Made by a program: the position numbers and the translations under genes. DNA of 64,000 nt from Bugula neritina (taxonomy: Eukaryota > Animalia > Bryozoa): positions 5,900,698-5,964,697 of the forward strand of contig OZ037765.1 of the NCBI GenBank assembly GCA_964035545.1, given 5' to 3'. Numbering within the stretch: position 1 is the stretch's first letter; each line of letters starts with the position of its first letter. Shown in pieces: positions 26,901 to 38,348 of this stretch. The notes beneath the pieces are model-generated. The model worked only from the letters and a program-made list of their open reading frames with translations. It searched no databases and had not been told where the DNA came from.

Positions 26901-29900
26901 GAAGCAGAGAAGAGTTCAAAAACAGGTGCACTCGTAAAAAATGATGTAAAAATGATAATCCTCTTAAAAGGAATGACTTGGCAAAATACAAAAACACATC
27001 ATGCTCATTAGACTCAAATGACTTAAAATATACTTAAGACGCTTGAAACACACTAAAGGGACTTAAAACAGACTTTAGGGACATTCAAGTGATAATAAAA
27101 CTGAGTAAGAAACTTAAATATTGAACCTCACATTTCAACTCAAGATTTGATTTCTAGAAATAACTCTCAAGAAAATATAGACAGACCATTATACAACAAG
27201 CTGTACTGAGATTGGGGACATATCAGTATGTATAGGGGTTTCATGTCACACATTAAGGTTAATGCTTTGCGATTTGCATTAGCATAATAGCTCTTAGAAG
27301 TTTCAATTTAACAAGCAATACTTTTTTCTAACAATAAGTATTTTGATGGCATTTCAACACAAAGAGGACAGCTGCTTTGTATTTATGTGTATATGGAAAT
27401 GCCAATTCGGATGTCCTAACTAAATACCTGGCAACAATATGAATTAAAGTGCTTGTAATGCAATTTAATAAAACCTTTCAACAAGCTGTGAAGCAATATC
27501 AGATATGATGTGTGACAATAATTCACACACAGAGAAAATAGTTTGCATAGTCAACTATGTGCCTTCAAATGGAAAATAGTATTCGAGTTACTTGATGCAT
27601 TCAAATAAGCGAAGAACGACAAACATTGTGGATAAACAAGATGTTACAGCATATCAGCTTGTCTATAAATGTTCTACAAGCAGGTAATTCATGCTGTTGG
27701 CAATATCTGCAGGACAGCAGTGCTAATGCATCATAGAGCATTGTCATTAAAATTTTTCTTTTTCTGTTATATGAATTGTTTTTCCTTTCACTTTTGACTA
27801 AATATAACAAAACAAACAAAACAGAGATTTTTCAGTTCACTCTAATTGCATGTTTTTTATCATCACCAACGAAAATTTTTGGGTCGCCTGCATTACTGCT
27901 TCTCAAGGTTTGCAATACATCATTCAACTGTGAACTACAAGATCAGTCTGAGAATGAGTTTATCTCACCAGCCAATAGCCACAAAGGTTACATACATTGA
28001 GATGCTGAGAGGAAACCGTCGCCCTCGGGTATGTCTTGCAGCAACTGCAGCTTCAGAGTATCGGTATTGTATACACACGCACCGAGCATACCTCTCTGCC
28101 ATATCATAGAGACAATTGTCTGCCAGAGATAAAAACAACTTCACATTCAGACAACAATATGCAGGTATCAAACAAACATCTATTTAACAAACACTTGATA
28201 CATCAAACAGGCCACTTGTTAGCAAAGATATCAGCTACAATTTCCGTCTCTGAAAACTGTAGCCAACACCACCACAGAAAAGCTAAAACCTACAATACTG
28301 ATTTAACTACATCAAAGGGGCATTGCTACCTTCTCGTAGACTGAGCAAGCATCTAGCAACCTCTTTATACATTAGAAATTCCGAATTAAAAGCTTCGATC
28401 TATGTCATTCAACTTTTGAATGTATAATAGCACCAGATGCTACAGCTGTGTGCATTTAGTGCAGAGTATTGTATAGTGAAACCTTGTGTAGTTCACTATC
28501 TCCTTCCATCTCCACAGGGTTATGATTGGCTGCTGTCCCAGACTCCACACTGCTAGCTATAGACATGTCACTCCTCAGTCCAAGTCCCAACTTCTTCTGA
28601 AAGTCATTGCTGTTACCCACAGAGGAATAGTTAGACAATGCTAGCACCTTAGGAGGTGGCTTGGCTAGGGCAGCATGACTATTTCTGGCAGGCTTGTACC
28701 CTGTCTGATTCGATTTTTCTACAAGAGTGGGACAACAGAATTACTCATGTGACACGAAGTAAACAAGAAAAGGAAGAGCCTACAATCTTTAACAACCTCT
28801 CATTTATTATTCAGCTATTAAGAAAAAAACAAATTCTAGTCATACTTGAGCAGACTTATGAAATTGGGCCAAACATCTGACAGAAAAAAAAATAAAATTA
28901 CTAAGCTGATTACCAGACAATTAAAATTTGAAGTCATAAATGCAAAAATCCTGTCTGGTTTAAGGAGTTGCGACAGAGAATTAAGTGTTAGAAAGAACAT
29001 AACAAACCTGTTAAACTAGCCGGTCGCATAGTTCGTATTGTGGTGTTGCTTATATCACTAGAACTGGATGAGTTCAAACTATAACTGGCATGCAGAGCAC
29101 TACTCCTAGCTGCCGGCAGCAGTCCAGATGGAAGCTCGCCGTGCAGAAACGTATTATCGGCAGCGCAACTAGTCAATGAGCGGCTATCATGACTCGTGTG
29201 CAAGGAAGGCTTCAGGATACCCTTTTTTGGAGAGTTTCTTTTACCAAAATTTTGTTTTGTCAAATGCACACCTACAACATGAATAATTGGCTATAATAAA
29301 TGGTTAGTTCATGTTAGGAGAGAAAGAGAGAATATTGCACAACTACAAGTCAAGGACTAAAGACATCCACTGTCAGATAAATATTAAGCAATAAATGCTG
29401 AACCACTGCCAAGTGACCAAATCATGATCTAATACGGAGGAAGCACAGAAAATGAATAAATTCTTCAAACTTATTTGTTTTTACAGTCAAGAAATGATTC
29501 ACAATTGGCAGAAATTAACCAGGATGTCTTGTTTGAACAACGGCAGATAGAAATAAGAAAGTAATATTGAATCAACTCTGAGTCTCACCATAAAGTGGCT
29601 CCATCACAGACCGTGAGTGTTTAGCAGGATGTAGCTTGCTGCTACTCACAGTGGGTGTACCGCCATATGTCCGGTTTAGAGCACCACCTCGTTTCGTAGC
29701 AGGTACTTTGAATATTGCTACAAAATGAAACCACAGCTTTTCACATAGAGAACTATATTTATGGAGCCCACAAAGCTGTAAAAAACTTTAGTTTTTTACA
29801 GCTTTTTACTTAGTATAAAAGGCAAAAATACAGTCTACTTCAGCATCAGAAACTGTGAATTGATCAACAGCTTGCAGACCTGGTGAGTTATTGGCATTAG

Positions 29901-30289
29901 TGTGAAAAGATGGAACCCTTCGAACTTTCGCCTCTAAAATGCCCGGCTTCAAATGTTGTGTCTTTGGCCTCTTTGATGAAGGAGGTGTGCAGAGAATTGA
30001 CTCAATGTCATTCTCTATTGGTGCTGTCAAATCATTAACATTATTTTCAAATTCAGACAAACAAGTTGCATAATCTTAAATTCAACAGCATTGAAAATAA
30101 AAGTCTTTGTTTCAGATCGAATATCTCTAAACTGGTTTTGACAAAATAAGTTAGTGTTGCTTACTTACCTTCATTAGCTGCTTTAGGTGAGTCATTTGCT
30201 GCTTCTCGTGACCCAGAATGCTGTGCTAATGGAGGAGAAGGTGATCTATCTAGACCTTGAGTAAGAAAAGTAGGCTGACTTGCTTGCAT
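8912..30289 (-). CDS. MSH5: MutS protein homolog 5 (meiotic MutS-gamma subunit), ~28 exons
   Basis: Approximate exons: 30289-30169, 30074-29880, 29717-29589, 29271-29008, 28718-28483, 28119-27996, 26423-26343, 25948-25886, 24067-23952, 23261-23143, 21780-21745, 20527-20445, 19862-19817, 19437-19299, 18542-18480, 18262-18191, 17296-17169, 16895-16783, 16183-16103, 15566-15521, 15216-15175, 14456-14360, 13269-13180, 12520-12388, 10670-10443, 10073-9927, 9739-9602, 9070-8912. Walker A TGPNACGKS, LVVLDEFGKGT, ATHFH; MSH5-type segments VRAAGGLL, YEISKRRL, DGFSLFG, CPHVLLATHF. The five 5'-most exons rest on frame and phase continuity only. Confidence 0.93.
15981..16095. repeat. G-tract-rich degenerate ~33-bp tandem repeat (3 copies)
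   Basis: Units G-run + (g/t)cta(t/c)-x-tgac; runs G11, G5AG5, G4, G3 on the + strand. Confidence 0.7.
16626..16764. repeat. Intronic 23-bp minisatellite, about 6 copies, each with CCAAT
   Basis: ttaaccaatgagaacagggcgta units start at 16632, 16655, 16678, 16701, 16728, 16751. Confidence 0.95.
17427..17611 (+). mobile_element. tRNA-derived SINE, head plus core (3'-truncated)
   Basis: A-box-like tggtgtagc, anticodon-arm-like ggacttgtaaac, B-box GGTTCGAGTC (17477-17486), then a ~120-bp core repeated at 22764-22885. Confidence 0.7.
21651..21724. repeat. Intronic 17-bp minisatellite, about 4 copies
   Basis: agtttacccatgtgatc / agtatagccatgtgact units. Confidence 0.85.
22764..22980 (+). mobile_element. 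Second copy of the SINE core (5'-truncated) with possible (CAAA)n tail
   Basis: 22764-22885 matches 17491-17611 with about five differences; continues to caaacacaaacaaacaac. Confidence 0.7.
25953..26157. repeat. AT-rich degenerate microsatellite
   Basis: atataatat / acataatatagtat reiterations. Confidence 0.8.
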
Positions 30290-30699
30290 CTTTTTTAATC
30301 TGTCCCCGGCAAAAAGTATATAAAATATAGAGTTACGGTAGAAGTCAGTGCCACCAGCACCACTTTTATAACTACCAGTATTTTACTATACCGATATTGC
30401 TATAAATTGTACTATAAAAATATCAAATAAAATATTGTATCAATAAACATTGGGAAATAAAATTGTAATTCATAAAAACAATGGGAACGAAAAAAAATAA
30501 AGGTTTAATTAAAGGATTTTATTGATTATATTTGAACAAAATAATATAGAAAATAACTTTAAATTTTTTAAGATTGTATTGCACAGAGTGCGTCATTGAA
30601 ATGAGTCTTTGAGCTACAATGTGATGCTGGTACTGACTCATTTAGGATTATATTCATTTTGATACCTAGATAACTGCTGTGCTGAATTTTAAAATAGGT

Positions 30700-31620
30700 C
30701 TCGCTAAATTGTAAAGATTAATAATCTAAAGATGATTGACTATCGAGTAGTGACAAATTATATACTATAAGTATTAATTACTAAGTCAACTAGGCTTAAT
30801 AAATGTTCTACTGTAATATCACTTATTACCATGATCGAATGTACAAAACTTTGCTGCAAAATAGCATTAGTCATTGATGTTACACTTTATTATTACTGTA
30901 TGTAATTTTAAAGCAATCGAAAAATATTGAATTTCTACTAATTTCAATAGGAATACTATAGTTATAGCATAAACTTAATTTGAATAATCATAAGTATAAG
31001 ATTTTAAGTACAACACTAACATTAACCAGGAGCATAAGACTAAGAGTAAGACTAAGATTATTTGTAAGTTTAGGTATTAGTATAAGCTATCACACTTATA
31101 GCTAGAGTTTTTAGTATCACTATTAGTATTAGTATTATATTTATTGTAAATGTTCCCATCACTATAAGTATAAGTATAACTATAACTTAACAATAATTAA
31201 ATTGATTGTTTTTATAGTTGTCTAGGTTAACCAAATATATAACATCAGCTTATAAGTATAAGTTTCTTAAAGTTATGCTAATATTCATACTTATACTGTT
31301 CATGTTAAACAGTATAATTTAAATTTATAATTGTACTAAATAACTACAAGTACAAGTATAACTGAATAACACTGATCACTAATGGTCAATTGGAATCAGA
31401 ATGATAATAAGTATAACCAATAAACTATCACATTAAGAGTTAACTATAACTGCTAATAATATTAATTATATTTCATTATTATTATTATTGCATCAAGTGA
31501 TTATAATATTGATTATGACTATTCTTATAGTTATTATAATTAGTAATTACTAAATTAGAATTAATATTATTATTAATAATAATATTATCAATTTAAATTA
31601 AATACTATTGTCATTTTTAT
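30700..31620. repeat. Cryptic period-6 low-complexity tract between MSH5 and Jun
   Basis: agcata agacta agagta agacta agatta; actata agtata agtata actata. Confidence 0.7.
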
Positions 31621-31799
31621 TACATTTACAACATTTATATTGATTTTAATCAACTTTAAAGTCGTCGTCGGCATTCATTCCATTTGTATTCTTGGCGGCG
31701 TCTGTCTGTACTTATTACACTTTGAGTTTGTAAACTTGATGTTGTTTAGTATTCCAAGTTTTGGTAGTCATGTCTCATGGCGGTAACTGGCAGTTTCGT

Positions 31800-32010
31800 T
31801 TTAGTCGGAAATGGAGGGAAATCCACTCTCCAAATATGGCACGTTAACGTCAAGAGCGGGAAATTAGTACCGCCCTATATTATAAGTCACGCCTTTGTTG
31901 TTATGCTCCAACCAATGTACAAGCGCTGTGGTGACGTTAACTCTATTTTTAGACTCGTTACTCAGCGCTAGTATATAACTTACTAATGTTTTTAGATGAG
32001 TCATATTCGT
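31800..32010 (+). promoter_or_regulatory. Jun proximal promoter, immediate-early type
   Basis: ETS-like CGGAAAT 31806, kB-like GGGAAATCCA 31816, CArG CCAAATATGG 31830-31839, CCAAT 31912, CRE-like TGACGTTA 31932, MEF2 CTATTTTTAG 31943-31952, TTACTCA 31958, TATATAA 31972, AP-1 TGAGTCA 31997-32003 overlapping an Inr-like TCATATT about 30 bp from TATA. Confidence 0.8.
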
Positions 32011-32124
32011 AGAAAGCTGGTCATACTACGAGCTTGTCAGCGTTAGTTATAAGATTGGTTGATTCATAAAGTGAGTAACAGCTATACAACGGTCACTGTT
32101 CACTCTAATTGTCGTGCTGGTAAG

Positions 32125-33605
32125 ATGGAAATGAGCATGTATCAAGACAACGATAACGAGAAGTCGCAGCAATTGAGAAAGGGCATGCATTTGGACTTTG
32201 GATCAAATAAGACTAAGCAACAGAAGTTTTCAAGTATGCTCAACAACTCATCTGACATGCTAAAGCTCTCTTCACCCGAAGACCTGGATAAGCTAATGTC
32301 TCACAGCCATTCCAGTGTGGTTGGAACTACACCCACTCCAACATCATTTATATATCCAAAATACGTTACTGATGAGCAGGAAGCTTATGCTAGAGGATTT
32401 GTTGAAGCTCTTGCTGAACTACATCAGTCACCAGGTAAATAAATATAAACTTGACTTTGTAATTAATATATTATTCGTTTGTCAATTTGGAAAATTGTAC
32501 AAATGTCTGTTTAATTCATTTAAGTTAAATAAAAATGTCCATGTGCATTGTCATGACTGTGAGTGTGATACTAATTGTGACTAAAAGTAAATAGCATTAA
32601 ATATTAATTCAACTGCTCAACTCTTATACAAGTAACCACTTCATGTAACTATAAGAATTCAATAATAAGAATTTAATAGAACTGAGTTGGAATAAGAATT
32701 TAGATTTATCAAGGTAGTCATATGAATAAATATCAATGCCCATAATTAACATAATAATATAGATCAATAATTGATACATTTTTGAGTAAAATTTAAAAAT
32801 AAAATTGTCAGTAATGTAGAAAAAATATTCATAGTTATTCTTTTTGTTGATTTTAGCAATGTCGAGTGGCTCCCAATCCGCAACAACAAACACAGCGTCT
32901 AGCAGTAGCAATCAGGTTGGACTTTCGTTGAACACAGCCAAACCAACTTACAGTACTCTCATGCCCATGTCAACTCAGTCTACGTTTGTCTCTCCATACA
33001 ATACCGCTCAAGGAACAGTTGCTTCTTCAATGACAATGATGAACCCAACTGTATCTCGTCGACATCCCCCCTTTGCTCCTTCGGGATTAGCTGCACACAA
33101 CCCCCTCTCTCAGCCACCACACATACCTCCACACAATATGCAAATGCCCTCTGCACACCCCTATGCTCCAGCTGTACACGTCAAATCTGAACCATCTACG
33201 TCGTTTACAGACCACCAGGTACCGGGGAGTCCTGGTGGAGCCAGCAGTCGCATGACTGAAAGCCCCTCGGCGGAAACAGACGAGGACAATTATGATCGAG
33301 TAGAGAACGTGAACAGACTAGACAGTATTCCAGTAGATCTGGAAGAACAAGAAAAAATAAAGTTGGAGAGAAAACGTGCCCGAAACAGGATAGCTGCTCG
33401 CAAATGCAGAACTCGGAAATTAGAGCGAATTGGTCGGCTGGAAGAGAAAGTGGCAGATCTGAAGTCTAGAAACAATGAATTAGCACAAACCGCAAACAGT
33501 CTCAGTGATCAAGTCATGCAGTTGAAGCAGCAAATCATGGAACATATGAAATCTGGTTGTCAGATTATGATGCCTGATATGAGGCCTATGCCCACGGGTT
33601 ACTAG
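32125..33605 (+). CDS. JUN: AP-1 transcription factor Jun; exons 32125-32434 and 32857-33605
   Basis: MEMSMYQD start, docking-like [42 protein letters not shown]; b[38 protein letters not shown]...HMKSGCQ; phase-1 GT-AG intron. Confidence 0.97.
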
Positions 33606-36600
33606 GTTTCTCTTTACATGTTTTTTATAATTTATATAAACAAAATCGTGACGGGTTCACTCTGTAAATACTAGAGTTCTATATGCTGTATTTATTTGTT
33701 CAAATGTGAGACAGTGCAAAGTCTGATATATTGTTGGTGCTTTCTCGGTGATAAATTATTCAAAGCGACTTTTATAGTACATAGTTTTATGTAGCAGACA
33801 TTGCCATTTATTGTTTTATTTGTTATTGTTAAATAGCATAGACAATTTGTTTTATATGTTCTATAATGTACACAGCTACATATATAGCATTATTTCATTC
33901 TATTTTTTAACAATTTTAAGTTATTTTTAAATACAGATGCATTATAATAGAGCTATAACTCTTTCTTCAATGGAAAATTAATTGGAAAATGGGTAAAACG
34001 TGTGATAAACTTTGGTAAAATTTTCCATTTATTTAAAACAAATGAACCCCTAAACTTTCTGCAAGTTACCCCGAATATCAAAATATAGTGTACCAGCTAT
34101 GCTTTATACCATGATCAAACATTAAACCTATGATTTAAATCTACATATACATATATTACTTGAGCTCTCTGGCTTGAGTTTACACACATTTTAAATACCC
34201 TTTAGTAAAATCATCAGTTTCTACTATTGTGAAGGTTTGGGCCATGAGGGGACAAACCTTAAAACAGCTACTGTACACATTGAATTATATATATAAATGC
34301 AACAAAAAAATTTCTCAGTCATTGACAATAAATTCTTTCATTAAGCATGTTGAAAACTACAGCTGCTATTCTATAATATACAATTTTCTCAGAGCAAATG
34401 GCCGCACTGATGATACAACAAACTAGCATACTGTGATTATTATTCCACAAATAGTGTTGAAACTGTATATACATGTCAAGTAGCTTCATAGCAAGTTGAC
34501 TAGCTGAAAGTTTGAATCTTTTCACTTTGCTAAAGATTAAAGCAAAGATCAAACCATGTCTCAAATACTGATTCACTTAATTTGCTCATTTTATAGCATG
34601 GGGACTCTTATTAATAATGCAATGTAGGTAACGGGAGGGGTGGGGGCAGCAAAACTCCAGTAGCATTAAACACTCCTTCATATTGAAAAATTGTGCTCAC
34701 ACAAAATTTATTAAAACGTAAGTTCCGGAAAATTTCAAGAAATGGGGGTACAACTATAACAGCAGTATGATACAGACAATTAGACTGCATGTTGTGCCAA
34801 TATATAGTCAAGTTGCTCTTCAAAGTATTACCATTGTCCTTCCAGCACACCAAGGCATGGGTGAAGTGTGAACATAATAGGCAGGGCACTTGGCAATAGA
34901 GTCGGTGGTTTTTTCACTCGCAAACCATTTTCACATTGCTATGCTGGTGCCATGGCACATTTACAATTCTGTTTGATAAAGTAAGTTTGATCTATTTGAA
35001 CTTCTGCAGTATATGCGATACAACCATTTAACTGCATACACAAGTAACTGGGTTCTTTATTGATCTATAACATCTAGAGTTAAGATGCTCAAGACTGTCT
35101 CTATAGGAAGAGATGTGCCCGCATAATACCTCGCCTGACCTGTATTTTTTCAATTGCTATAACCAATATACATGGTAAAAGACGTAAAAATCTCTTTGCT
35201 CGCGCCTTCTGCTAATGTGTAGTTGGTATGAACTTGTAAAGATGAAAGCGAGTGCAGAAAAGGCGTACCGCCATAACACTGACTTTGTTACTTCAACATA
35301 TAAACCTCTTTAATTTATTGAAAGTTAGCTGTTTTAATTACTGGTAGAGAAATCAATTTCATAGAGTTTTATAGTTTTACTTAGAGTCTTTTATTTTACA
35401 ACCACCGCAATACTACTTATGTTTCATTGTATGATAAAGAAAAATCAGGCAAACATTGCAGGTTAATTACTAATCATCTTAATTGGTGAGGTAGGTAAAA
35501 TGACAGAGGTTGCTAAAAGACTGTACATTTTTTTACTACTTAATTCTGTTTGCGAAGAGATGTCAAAATGTTGTATTGCAGTCAAAATAGAACTCTATGA
35601 TCGACTAGTTATACCTGCTCTCCTCAACCAAATTAGCACCTGAAATTATAACAGTTGGTGAATAATAAATAAAATGTTGTTGAGCTTTTCATAATAAGAC
35701 AACTCTTGAATATTAGCTCTTGGACAAACCTCAGTATTTTTCATGCAATTAAGCCAATTGTTTTACGTGAGCCTACAACGTATGTAGTTTTAGTTTTACA
35801 AAATTTACAATATTATAAAAATTTATTTCAATCAAGTTAATACCATAATAGTATAGTTATAGTAACTCTATTGAAATAATTATTTTCATTTATATAAGCT
35901 AAATTGTAAACTATGCTGTGTATGTAAAACTCAAAGCTAACAAGGATATTGTACATGCCTTCTTTATATTATTTTCATGAATTATCAATTCCTTGATACA
36001 TTACTAATCACGCTGTTATTTATTTTCACTAATGTACATTTGTAAAAAGAAATTAATATGTTGTTCTTTTTGGAATAATTTAGCATAAGTTTATCAACTC
36101 TTTCAATGTATATACAATAATAAAATGTACAAATATTGTATTTTGCACGTTGCAAGCGTATAATATATTTTCTTGTGTTAAGGCAGTGCATTTCTCTTAC
36201 TAAACAAACCATGCAATTGTTACATTTTTAAAAATGCTAGTTATATAAAGTAATTTCTTAAAACCTCCTGCTACACTAAGAGTACTACGGTTAACATTCA
36301 ACCATATAATACGCACATTACAAATTCACTTTTTAATATGTGGGTTTCAAAGTAAAGAAGAGGCTGGCAAACTGTTTTATCAACTGACTAGTTTACAACG
36401 GGCCGGTTATAAACTTTTAAGTGTAATAATAATGCCATTATAGAGCATTGTATAATGGCTACGTGACAGAGTTTACAGAACTGGCACGAAGGTTTGTGCA
36501 TACATAACAGACCTCAATATAAATTAACACATAGACATATAGGCCTATTAAAAATTTGTTTCAATTGTTATTTCTTATAGAGACATAATTATTAATGTTT

Positions 36601-38348
36601 TAAACAATTTCTTTGCATGACTGATTCTTGTAATGTTTCTACTATTGCTGCGTCAAAAAATATCAAACATGCTTGAAACATTTACAATTTTAAAACAACA
36701 GATAAAGCTTCTATAGCCAACTACACATGAAGTTATAGCCAAGTAAAATCTTACATATGTAGCTTCCCATCTATTATGGGTATACAGTATCATTATCTTC
36801 TAAATTCTCCTAGTTGGCTGTGGTGATCATATTATATACACCCCAAATCTTCACCATGCACATCATTTTTAATGACTCCACCACTAAATTGTTTTTTCCT
36901 GGCTGTCCCATGTTCAGCTTACCATTGTCATAAACATAGAATACGACTAGCAATAGTTTTCAGACACTAATATACCTAATTGTGTTGTAACTGACATCTT
37001 AGAGGAAAGATATTTACATTTCTATACTGCCTAGCTTACCTCACAACTATAATACTATCTAAAATAATGCCAATTGTTTGATAAAATGATAGGACTATGT
37101 GGATATGGATCCAGAATGTTAAAGCCACCACAGATGAAAATGTTTTGAATTTTTTTTCAAGTTAGTTCATAGTGTACTGAGACTATACAAAATTAAGATA
37201 TTTGCCTATTGTTAACAGTGAATACCAGCAAAATGACTTGGCTGAGAGCCTGTATACCGACAGTGGTCATATGATGTGCTCATGTGATGCCAACATATTC
37301 GGTGAAAGCACTAAACATGGAGAATGTCTTATCTATCAGAACATGTTGGACACATTTTTGTTATAAATAAGTGCTAACGAAACCAAGGAAATGCATAGAC
37401 AATTATTTTATTACTATGTTAATATATTCAATTATCCTATTCTTTATCCTCTGTTATCTTATTCACTGACTCATAGCAATTACAATATTTACAGTTATGC
37501 TCTTGTGATTGACCAGAATTAGTATTATAATTTCCACCAGTATAATGTTAATCTCCAACATTGATATTGCATATGTAGATATTCTGTTAGAAACTCTAAA
37601 CTATCTGTGTGAATGTCCATATAGTTTCACTTTACAACGTAACTTGGTTTAGCTGCTTATTGAAGATATTAAGTCTCAGTGAATGTTTTAATGACTCATT
37701 GTCTTCTAAACTTCCAAATAAAATGAGCAAGTGATAGCGTAAGGAGTGGACTAATTTATGGGGTAAGCTATTTGTTTGGAGCATGCATTTTATTACTAAT
37801 TATACTCAAAGCTGGCTGGGATAGTTGATAGACAACCATCTATGTCCACATAATAAAAGTATTAGCTAGATGAACTGGCAAACATGAACCAATAAGCATC
37901 TTCAGTTTATGCCATGCAGGTTCAACTTCTCAACTTCATAACCCAACAGCTTTGCAATATTGCTATGCAAAAACAGATATACCACCATGGCAGTTTTATC
38001 TTGAAGTTTTGCACTAAATAACTCTAATTATGATAGACCTGGCTTATGATCTGCCCTCTTATTACAAGTAAAGTTGAAACACGTGTATGTTATCACAGCA
38101 TGGCTAGTTTTGTAACAATGCCTAAGGTTCAATGTGCACATACATGTATGAAATATTTACAAGATAAGAGAAAAAAATGATATAGACCAATGTGGAAGCA
38201 TAACATTTAGATTTATTAGAACACCTTTCAATTTAAACAATGACTGTATTAGAAGGTAATAGCTGTGTTGGTAAAAAATAACACAATATCTGACCATAAA
38301 ATGAGCAGAAACTAAATTTTTGACTCAAAGTAAACTTTGTGTTGTAGA

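Noticed and set aside
27834-27935. Exon-like minus-strand frame SQLNDVLQTLRSS...
   Set aside because: Phase-incompatible with the preceding MSH5 exon and has no recognisable homology.
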